Below are positions 39,220 to 46,795 of a DNA stretch of 64,000 nt, piece after piece. Position 1 is the stretch's first letter. Each line of letters starts with the position of its first letter. Origin of the DNA: Candidatus Poriferihabitaceae bacterium (lineage in GTDB: Bacteria > Pseudomonadota > Gammaproteobacteria > Arenicellales > Poriferihabitantaceae). Position numbers and translations under genes: made by a program. Under the pieces are notes generated by a model. The model searched no databases, was not told the origin of the DNA, and saw only the letters and a list, made by a program, of their open reading frames with translations. The DNA is taken from positions 1,249,979 to 1,313,978 of the forward strand of contig CBDFMY010000003.1 in NCBI GenBank assembly GCA_965249835.1, given 5' to 3'.

Positions 39220-39852
39220 ATGAACTCCGCCAACACATCCGCCGTGGAAAAATACCGCAACCAGTTCCTGCGCGAGGTCGAAGCCAATGTCGAGGACGGC
39301 GAGTGGGTGAAGATGTGCATGCAGTGCGGGGTGTGTTCCGGCTCGTGTCCGCTGGGGAGTGCGTGGGCGCATCCGCCGCAGGAATTGTTTATGATGATTC
39401 GCGCCGGGCAACGCGACGAAGTGCTCAGATCGGAGTCCATGTGGATGTGCACTTCCTGTTACAACTGCGTCACGCGTTGCCCGCGCGGGCTGCCGATTAC
39501 GCACATCATGCACGGCTTGGCGAACTACGCCAACCGCCTCGGGATCGCGCCGAAGATGAATCCGACCAAACGTTTTGCGAAAATATTTTGGGACAACATC
39601 GCCGACACCGGACGCGTGAATGAATCGAAACTGTCGATAAAACTGTATTTTATGAACGGTTTGATGAGCGGCATAAAAACCGCGTTCGGCATGCGCAAGG
39701 TCGGTTTGGGTATGCTTCGAACCGGACGACTGAATCCGCTTGGGTTTTTCCGCGCCGGCGGTATCAAAGAAAAAAATCAGTTACGACAGATGTTGAAAAA
39801 GGCGCATGAAATTGAAGACAAACGCAGAGGGCTGAAACAGCCCGGAGGATAA
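39220..39852 (+). CDS. hdrC: Heterodisulfide reductase subunit C-like iron-sulfur protein
   Basis: CMQCGVCSGSCP and CTSCYNCVTRCP 4Fe-4S motifs. The ATG lies 1 nt after the preceding stop. Confidence 0.85.
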   Translation: MNSANTSAVEKYRNQFLREVEANVEDGEWVKMCMQCGVCSGSCPLGSAWAHPPQELFMMIRAGQRDEVLRSESMWMCTSCYNCVTRCPRGLPITHIMHGLANYANRLGIAPKMNPTKRFAKIFWDNIADTGRVNESKLSIKLYFMNGLMSGIKTAFGMRKVGLGMLRTGRLNPLGFFRAGGIKEKNQLRQMLKKAHEIEDKRRGLKQPGG

Positions 39853-39856
39853 CGCA

Positions 39857-40771
39857 ATGGCACGAAAAGAATATTCCTTTTATCCGGGCTGCTCATCTGA
39901 GCGCAAGTCCTCGGCATCCAACTACATGGTATCGGTCAATACCATGTGCAAGACGCTGGATATTAAACTAAACGAGATTCCCGACTGGAATTGCTGCGGC
40001 GCGTCCATCGGTTATGCCGACGGCGGCGAGTTGCCGCGTCATGTGATGAACGCACGCAACGTGGCGTTGTCGCAACAACATAACAAAGGGCAGGACATCG
40101 TCGCCACTTGCGCGGCCTGCTGGCTTGGCGCGAAAGAATCGGTGGAGCGGTTGTCTAAGTCCGAGCAATTGCTCGCCGACACGCAAAGTATTCTTGCCGA
40201 TGTCGGGTTGAAAGTGGACATCGATGAAAAAACCGCGAGCAGCGTGCGTCACATGGTCGAAGTATTGATCGAGGATTTTGGCTACGATGAACTCGCGGCA
40301 CCGGTCAAAAAACCGTTGGAAGGATTAAAGATCGCCGGTTATGTCGGTTGCCAGACCAACCGCCCGTTCGGCATAGACGGCGAGTCTTTTGAAAATCCAA
40401 AATATCTGGACAAGATGGTGGAAATTATGGGTGCTGAGCCGGCCGAAAAATACGAACAAAAGGTCACCTGCTGCGGCGGCGCGCTGGCGTTTTCGGAGCC
40501 GGAAAAAAGCCAGGCGCAAATCAAGGACATTGTTGAATCAGCCTACGACCACAATGCCGACATGATCGTCACGCCGTGTCCGGTGTGTCAGATGAATGTT
40601 GAAGTGTATCAGGAGCAAATCAACAAAACCTACGGCAAAAATTTCAACATGCCGGTGGTGTATTATAGCCAGTTGATGTCGGTCGCCTATGGTAGCACCG
40701 CCAAACAAGCGGGCCTGGACGGGCAGGTGATACGCACGAAGAAACTGGAGGAGATTGCGGCAAAAAAGTGA
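39857..40771 (+). CDS. hdrB: Heterodisulfide reductase subunit B-like (CCG-domain) protein
   Basis: FYPGCS...NCCG and GCQTNRP...TCCGG...PCPVCQ (two CCG domains). GGAGG lies 7 nt upstream of the ATG. Confidence 0.85.
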   Translation: MARKEYSFYPGCSSERKSSASNYMVSVNTMCKTLDIKLNEIPDWNCCGASIGYADGGELPRHVMNARNVALSQQHNKGQDIVATCAACWLGAKESVERLSKSEQLLADTQSILADVGLKVDIDEKTASSVRHMVEVLIEDFGYDELAAPVKKPLEGLKIAGYVGCQTNRPFGIDGESFENPKYLDKMVEIMGAEPAEKYEQKVTCCGGALAFSEPEKSQAQIKDIVESAYDHNADMIVTPCPVCQMNVEVYQEQINKTYGKNFNMPVVYYSQLMSVAYGSTAKQAGLDGQVIRTKKLEEIAAKK

Positions 40772-40993
40772 GTGGTCGGCGTGTGGCGACTTGACAAAAG
40801 TAATCCAATGGATTGCGAGGCGCGGCGAATCGTGGGAAGATGCGAGTGATGAAAACGGCAATCCAGTTGGTCGCGCCAGTTGGTCTTGATTTAGGGATTA
40901 CTGTGGGCAACTCGGTGTGATTTTTGTCGGGCATCTGTGCTAATGAATTGGCCAAACTAACGAATCTGCTCGTTAAAAACCACGGAGAAAGCG

Positions 40994-41189
40994 ATGTCTG
41001 AATCTTTCGACAGCATCAAGCGGGGTTTCACCGAAGCGGTTCGGTATTCCGCAGGCAAACGCGTGCAAGCGATTGTCCATGAGTCTGCACCGATTGATGT
41101 GAAAAACACTCGCGCTACTCTTAAAATAAGTCAAGTTGAATGTGGTGGCAAAAAAGCCAAAGGCGGTGCTGGATGCGCTTGCGCGGTGA
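40994..41189 (+). pseudogene. Internally deleted/frameshifted XRE-type antitoxin-like gene
   Basis: The N-terminal MSESFDSIKRGFTEAVRYSAGKRVQAIVHESAPIDVKNTRATLKISQVE matches the common leader of HTH antitoxins. The HTH core is missing. A C-terminal-like LNVVAKKPKAVLDALAR* is readable in the +1 frame ending at 41189. Confidence 0.5.
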
Positions 41190-41226
41190 GCCGGTGCAAA
41201 TCAAAACTCGCAAGAGAGACGTTTTT

Positions 41227-41367
41227 ATGAGTGGAAAAGTAATGAGTGCTTGGGATAGAGTGGAAATCACAACAGACATATACCTTGGCGATAGCAAAGA
41301 TCAACTGAAATCGCTTCCAAGCGATTCTGTCGATCTCATCATTACATCGTCCCTTAGGCAAGAGTAA
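41227..41367 (+). pseudogene. N-terminal stub of a DNA methyltransferase, truncated at motif IV
   Basis: IYLGDSKDQLKSLPSDSVDLIITS is followed by SLRQE* where (S/D)PPY is expected. Confidence 0.6.
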
Positions 41368-41392
41368 AGCGAATAGCGACCATTATTTTAGG

Positions 41393-42359
41393 ATGAACAT
41401 ACAAAATAAAAAGCCCGGAGTGAAAATGAGTTATGAAGGCAGGATGCTTGAGGATTACAATATGCCGGATCGTGATGAGGTTGCGAAGGTCTTGCTAATA
41501 ATGCTTTTTAGACATGGTGGCACAGTCAGAGAGTTTTCAATCGACGAAGCAGTAGTCACGGAAGTCGCTGACAATTTCGGCCTTACCAAAAATCAAAAAG
41601 ATGTTGTTCTTGAGAGAATTTACAAAAAAGAAAACAGAACTGTGCGAACACCTTTGTGGCACAGATTATTGTATAGGGCGGGCGATATATTAGCGAAAGA
41701 AAAATTGGTTACGCGCCCAACAAAAACTTTGAGGCTCACAAATAAAAGAGAATGAATGTTAACCGAGAAAGGATATGACAAGGCCTTGGATCTTCTAAAC
41801 ATTCCATCCGACTACAAATCTGAATTACCAATCAAGCCATATGAAGTCCAAAAAATAGTCGAAAGCATTTCTGCACAATTAAAACCAGAGAGTTATAATC
41901 CTTTCAATAAAAGAAAAAAAAACAAAAATCACAACGAAAAAATCTATTATGAGAAACAGAGGATTCAGACAAGCAATAATTAATGTTTATGATTACAAAT
42001 GTTGTGTTTGCGGGTTGAAGTTGCGTTCACCCGATAAATTACGATGGGAAGTGCAAGCCGCGCACATAGTTCCTCATAGATATTTTGGAAGAGACGATAT
42101 ATGGAATGGGTTGGCATTATGCCAATTGCATCATTGGGCTTTTGATGTAGGACTATTTAGTTGTGATGGGAATTTTAAAGTAGTGTCTTTAATGGAATCA
42201 CAATCCTTAGGAAGTGATTACGGTATGATATTTGGTTATGATTTTTTGGATCATTTAAAGTCTGGCAGATGTTTCTTGAAGTTGCCAAAAGCAGCAAAGC
42301 ATTATCCGGATATGGCTGCTATAAATTGGCACAGAACTAACATTTATAATGGCAGGTAA
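41393..42359 (+). pseudogene. Disrupted HNH (HNH_2-type) restriction-endonuclease-like gene in three pieces
   Basis: Three abutting ORFs: 41393-41755, 41756-41983, 41949-42359. The first ends ...LRLTNKRE* and is followed directly by MLTEKG. There is a frameshift between YYEKQRIQTSNN* and MRNRGFRQAII. The last piece carries CCVCG...AAHIVPH...NGLALCQLHHWAFDVG. Confidence 0.55.
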
Positions 42360-42568
42360 TGGCCATCGGTATGGAAAATCACTTAATCAACCAACTAATC
42401 TACCAGTTAGATGAAGACGATGCGCAACAAGTTGCTATGGGAAGTCTCGGAAGATATCTTATTAAGAATGAATTGACCGCATTAAAAGATAAAATTTGCG
42501 AAAAGATAGATTGGCATGAAGCGATTGATTCTGCTATATCCGATATAACATCGTCCGAAGCGTCCTGA
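42359..42568 (+). CDS. Hypothetical acidic protein (69 aa)
   Basis: The ATG overlaps the preceding TAA (TAATG). AT-rich. No family recognised. Confidence 0.3.
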   Translation: MAIGMENHLINQLIYQLDEDDAQQVAMGSLGRYLIKNELTALKDKICEKIDWHEAIDSAISDITSSEAS

Positions 42569-42632
42569 AACGCGTGGAGCTTCGCTTCATCCAAAGTAAA
42601 TTAATATTCCTGAAATTCACCGAACCGAGCAG

Positions 42633-43790
42633 ATGAAAACCACCGAAACCACCCGCATTCTCACCGACCTCATTGCGCTGGATACCACCAGTCGTAATTC
42701 GAATCTGGTGTTGATCGAATACGCGCAGTCGTTGCTCGCCGACCATGGCGTTCAATCTGAATTGACTTTTGATGCCGAGAAAAACAAAGCCAATCTGTTC
42801 GCCACCCTCGGGCAGAGCGAGCAGCCCGGCATCGTGCTTTCCGGACATACCGATGTGGTGCCGGTGGACGGGCAGGATTGGCGCACCGACCCGTTTGCGG
42901 CGGAAGTGGTCGGCGACAAGTTATACGGTCGCGGCAGTTGCGACATGAAAGGATTCATCGCCATTTGTCTCGGGCATATCGACCGCATTCTCAAAGCCAA
43001 ACTAGACACACCGGTGCATTTTGCTTTTTCCTACGACGAGGAGGTGGGTTGCATCGGCGTCAATGGATTGCTCGCCGAACTCGCCAAACGCGAAGTGCAA
43101 CCTCGCGCCTGCATCATCGGCGAGCCGACCAGCATGGGCGTGGTGCGCGCGCACAAGGGAATGTTGTCCAAACACTGCCGGGTGCGCGGCAAGTCATCGC
43201 ATTCATCCTTGACCCACCACGGCGTCAATGCGGTCGCCATGGCGGCCAAAACCATCGCTTTCATCGACGCCATTGCCGAGCGCATCGCCCGCGAGGGGCC
43301 CTTTGATGCGGGCTTTGAGCCGCCCCACACGACCCTGCACACCGGCGTGATTCACGGCGGCACGGTCAACAACATCATTCCCAATAGATGCGAGTTTGAG
43401 TTTGAAATTCGCAACCTGCCGCAACATCCGCCGTTGCCGTTGTTTGAAGAAGTGGAGCGTTATGTCGAGGAAACCCTGATTCCGAAAATGCATGCGGTCA
43501 GTGCCGAGACCGGTTTTGACTGGGAGACCTCGTCGAATTATCCGGGCATGAACACCGATGCCGGCCATGCGGTGGTCGACATGGCATCCAAATTGCTGGG
43601 GGATGTCGGCGACCCCGGCAAGGTCAGTTACGGCACCGAAGGCGGGCTGTTCCAGAAGGCCGGCATTCCCACGGTAATTTGCGGTCCCGGCTCCATCGAA
43701 CAAGCACATAAGCCCGATGAGTATGTTGAACTCGCGCAACTTTCCAAAGGCGAGCAATTCATTTCTGATTTGATCGACTCATTGCGGTGA
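42633..43790 (+). CDS. argE: Acetylornithine deacetylase (M20 family)
   Basis: LSGHTDVVP, GRGSCDMKG, YDEEVGC, GTEGG motifs; ArgE-like length. Confidence 0.8.
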   Translation: MKTTETTRILTDLIALDTTSRNSNLVLIEYAQSLLADHGVQSELTFDAEKNKANLFATLGQSEQPGIVLSGHTDVVPVDGQDWRTDPFAAEVVGDKLYGRGSCDMKGFIAICLGHIDRILKAKLDTPVHFAFSYDEEVGCIGVNGLLAELAKREVQPRACIIGEPTSMGVVRAHKGMLSKHCRVRGKSSHSSLTHHGVNAVAMAAKTIAFIDAIAERIAREGPFDAGFEPPHTTLHTGVIHGGTVNNIIPNRCEFEFEIRNLPQHPPLPLFEEVERYVEETLIPKMHAVSAETGFDWETSSNYPGMNTDAGHAVVDMASKLLGDVGDPGKVSYGTEGGLFQKAGIPTVICGPGSIEQAHKPDEYVELAQLSKGEQFISDLIDSLR

Positions 43791-45079
43791 CCATTTATCT
43801 TGGCCTCGGTGCCAACCACGGAGACCGCAAACACAACCTGGAGCGCGCCATCTGCGAGTTGGTGGCTGCCGGGTTTCGCTTGCAACGGGTTTCCCCGCTA
43901 GTCGAATCGCCCGCCTTGCTGCCGCCGGAGGCCGACCCGGCGTGGCACAAACCCTATCTCAACCTCGTCATCAGTGGCGATGCCGACTGGCAGCCGCATG
44001 CGGGCTTGGCAATCGCCAAACAAATCGAGTGCGCGCTTGGTCGTGGTAGCGGCGCACGGTGGTCACCGCGCCCGATTGATATTGACCTGTTGCATTGGCA
44101 TGACCACAAAACCATCTCCGGCAAGTTGACCCTGCCCCACGCCGATGCCCGTCGCCGGGATTTCGTGCTGACGCCGCTTTTGCACTTGCAAGCGGATTTG
44201 CCGGTGGGCGAAAACGGCGAGAGCGTATTTGAACTAACCCAAACCATCCGCCCCATTCCACTGTGGATGGCAATCGTCAACCTGACTCCGGATTCATTTT
44301 CCGACGACGGCAGTTGGCGCAACAAAGAAGAGGCCGATGCACTCGACGCCTATCTCGACAAACTCATCGAGCGCAATGTGCACATCATAGATATCGGCGC
44401 GGAATCCACCCGCCCCGGCGCCCGCCCCCTCAGCCCGGCTGAGGAATGGTTGCGCCTAGAGTCGGTGCTCGGCAACGTCGCCGATAGATTGCATGGCAAA
44501 CACATCAAGCCGTGGTTGTCGATAGACAGCCGCCATCCGGCAACCATTGAAAAAGCGTTGCGCTACGGCGTGGATATCATCAACGATGTGACCGGCCTTG
44601 CCGACCCGGAAATGATGGCAGTGGTGAGACAAAACGGTTGTCAGGTGGTGGCAATGCACAGCATGAGTGTGCCGGTGGAACCGGCGTTGACATTGCCCGA
44701 TGAGCGCGGCGCGGTGGAGCAGATGGTGGAGTGGGCGGAGAAAAAAATGGAAATCTGGGCGAAGGCCGGTCTCGACTTCAACCGCATCATTCTTGACCCC
44801 GGCATCGGTTTCGGCAAATCCGCCATTCAAGCCTTTGACCTGCTTTCCCACTGCCGGGAACTTCGGCAAGGTGGCTTGCGGCTACTCATTGGCCATTCAC
44901 GAAAATCCTTCATGAGCGGCTTGACCGACCGCCGCGCCGCGCAACGCGACCTGGAAACGCTGGGGATGTCGCTGGCGTTATGCCAGCAGGGGGTGGATAT
45001 TATTCGCGTACATTCGCCATTCATCCACCAACGCGCCGCCCTCGCCTGGGCGCATATCGCTGCCCTCCCGCACAATTGA
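43787..45079 (+). CDS. Bifunctional HPPK (FolK) / dihydropteroate synthase (FolP) fusion
   Basis: The N-terminal IYLGLGANHGDR...RWSPRPIDIDLL matches HPPK. From MAIVNLTPDSFSDDG...DIGAESTRPG...INDV...LIGHSRKSF it matches DHPS. The GTG start overlaps the argE stop (GTGA). Confidence 0.85.
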   Translation: MTIYLGLGANHGDRKHNLERAICELVAAGFRLQRVSPLVESPALLPPEADPAWHKPYLNLVISGDADWQPHAGLAIAKQIECALGRGSGARWSPRPIDIDLLHWHDHKTISGKLTLPHADARRRDFVLTPLLHLQADLPVGENGESVFELTQTIRPIPLWMAIVNLTPDSFSDDGSWRNKEEADALDAYLDKLIERNVHIIDIGAESTRPGARPLSPAEEWLRLESVLGNVADRLHGKHIKPWLSIDSRHPATIEKALRYGVDIINDVTGLADPEMMAVVRQNGCQVVAMHSMSVPVEPALTLPDERGAVEQMVEWAEKKMEIWAKAGLDFNRIILDPGIGFGKSAIQAFDLLSHCRELRQGGLRLLIGHSRKSFMSGLTDRRAAQRDLETLGMSLALCQQGVDIIRVHSPFIHQRAALAWAHIAALPHN

Positions 45080-45800
45080 GCCATTGCGCTTGCCTTTTAT
45101 TCTCGTTTACTTTTGGCGTCTCAAAGAGAGTCACACTTTGCGATTCACCATTGCCTATCATTTGTCATCCTCGCCGGCAGGCGGGGATCCAGACGCGGCG
45201 AAGCCGCGCAAATGGCGGCGGCTTCGCCGCCGGTTTTTCGAGCCAGAATAACGAGACGAAAAGCGTGTTGTCCGGCGTAGCCGGACTATTAGCGATGTCA
45301 CGCGTAGCGTGACTCATTTGCGGCGAAGCCGAACTCCTTATAATCCAGACAAACATTGCGCGCCGCATTTTCGTTGTCAGGCAAGGCGCGCGAGGAGCGA
45401 GGGAGGGAGCATACATTAAGTATGTGAGCGACCGAGAGACGATGCGCAACACCGCATGGCGACGAAAAGGCAAGCGCAATGACGGCAAGGCGATGGTGCT
45501 TGTTGCTTACTAATGTATGAGCGCGTCCCGGCGGCTACGCCACTCTGGATCCCCGCCTGCTGGCGAGGATGACGAATACTGATTCTTTCGTTGCCACGCT
45601 CACAGCCAGAGCGTGCAGGGACGCACGCTGGCGCGTGGAAACAGGATGTTTCCTCCTGCGATGGGGGGGGCGCGGGGGTATCTCCCCCGCAAAGCGCGAG
45701 CACGCGCAAGCTGAACCTTTGCATATCAGCCACAGGTTACTCGGCGGCGTAAGCCGCCGCCATCGCCCGTCGCACACCACTGTCATTTGCGGCGGAGCCA
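45080..45800. repeat. Composite/nested block of the intergenic repeat family
   Basis: Module L (+) at 45083-45105 and L (-) at 45458-45480. The inverted pair gtcatcctcgccggcaggcggggatccag (45164-45192) and ctggatccccgcctgctggcgaggatgac (45545-45573). Module B is inverted at about 45355-45457. Segments are shared with 58740-58860. Confidence 0.8.
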
Positions 45801-45884
45801 CGCAAATGCCTTGGCATGAAAACACCAAATCAGGCATTATTCGGCATAAGTTGCACTTCGGGGTTGAATCCAAGGACTTATACA
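45801..45884 (+). mobile_element. IS30-family right-end remnant, second copy
   Basis: cgcaaatgccttggcatgaaaacaccaaatcaggcattattcggcataa...ggttgaatccaaggacttataca parallels 32003-32094. Confidence 0.6.
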
Positions 45885-45889
45885 TTGAC

Positions 45890-45918
45890 TTGAATTGTCT
45901 CGCTAAACAGGTTAAATT
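45890..45918 (+). promoter_or_regulatory. Candidate sigma70 promoter of rpmH operon
   Basis: TTGAAT-N17-TAAATT, 32 nt upstream of the rpmH ATG. It abuts the IS30 remnant end. Confidence 0.3.
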
Positions 45919-45949
45919 CCCCGCTTTTTAAGGTCTTTGCACTGACACC

Positions 45950-46084
45950 ATGAAACGCACCTTCCAGCCCAGCATACTGAAGCGCAAGCGAACCCACGGT
46001 TTTCGCGAGCGGATGCGCACCCGCGCCGGGCGCGCGGTCATCAATGCTCGTCGCGCCAAACGCCGGGCGCGCCTGAGCGCCTGA
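45950..46084 (+). CDS. rpmH: 50S ribosomal protein L34
   Basis: Not in the ORF track (44 aa). Reads [44 protein letters not shown]. Confidence 0.95.
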   Translation: MKRTFQPSILKRKRTHGFRERMRTRAGRAVINARRAKRRARLSA

Positions 46085-46098
46085 GCACGCCTCCGGGG

Positions 46099-46491
46099 TT
46101 GTCTGAATCGCCCGACCCTGTGCCCGTGGCGGCGGGTTTCAGTCGTTGCCTGAGGTTGGTGGACGGCAAGCAGTTCAGCGCGGTTTTCGATCACAAAAGG
46201 CGGTTGCACGGAGCGTGTTTCAATATTCATGTCGCCCCCAACCGACTGCCCCACGCCCGCATCGGGTTGGCGGTGTCGCGGCGGGTCAGTAAAAAAGCGG
46301 TCGAGCGCAATCGCATCAAGCGCATCATCCGCGAATCGTTTCGTCGCCACCAGCGCGACCTCGGCGCGATTGATTATGTGGTAATCGCCAGAGTCGGTGC
46401 CGCCGATCGGGTTGGCAAGCCGAACCGCGTGCTACGCTCGGAACTGGATGAGTTATGGGGCAAAGCCGGCCAAAAGTGTCGCCCGAAATGA
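46099..46491 (+). CDS. rnpA: Ribonuclease P protein component
   Basis: [11 protein letters not shown]...[33 protein letters not shown] start; rpmH-rnpA synteny. Confidence 0.85.
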   Translation: MSESPDPVPVAAGFSRCLRLVDGKQFSAVFDHKRRLHGACFNIHVAPNRLPHARIGLAVSRRVSKKAVERNRIKRIIRESFRRHQRDLGAIDYVVIARVGAADRVGKPNRVLRSELDELWGKAGQKCRPK

Positions 46492-46538
46492 AACACCCCA
46501 TACTAAAACAACCTAAAACAAACCCAAAACAAACAACG

Positions 46539-46775
46539 ATGAAACGCCCGATACTACTGCTTATCAAAGCCTACCAACTGACGCTGAGTCCGTATCTCGG
46601 TCGCTGTTGTCGTTTTCATCCCAGTTGCTCGGCCTACGCGTTGGAAGCGGTCGAACGCCACGGCGCGCTCAAGGGCAGTTGGCTGGCACTCAAGCGCATC
46701 GGTCGATGCCACCCGTGGCGCGAAGGCGGCGAAGACCCGGTGCCGCCGGTTGTTCGGCAACCGAAAACAATTTAG
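46539..46775 (+). CDS. yidD: Membrane protein insertion efficiency factor YidD
   Basis: [53 protein letters not shown]. Confidence 0.9.
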   Translation: MKRPILLLIKAYQLTLSPYLGRCCRFHPSCSAYALEAVERHGALKGSWLALKRIGRCHPWREGGEDPVPPVVRQPKTI

Positions 46776-46795
46776 CGGCACATTACATGTTTAAT

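Noticed and set aside
40772-40993. Possible toxin-gene remnant upstream of the XRE-like pseudogene
   Set aside because: Translations in all three + frames give only short ORFs (for example LTKVIQWIARRGESWEDASDENGNPVGRASWS) with no recognisable RelE/HigB/ParE features. Left unassigned.
45165-45931. Overlapping 105-120-aa ORFs on both strands between folK/P and rpmH
   Set aside because: They lie wholly in nested repeat and IS-remnant DNA. The peptide fragments (for example HPRRQAGIQ) are the usual artefacts of palindromic elements.
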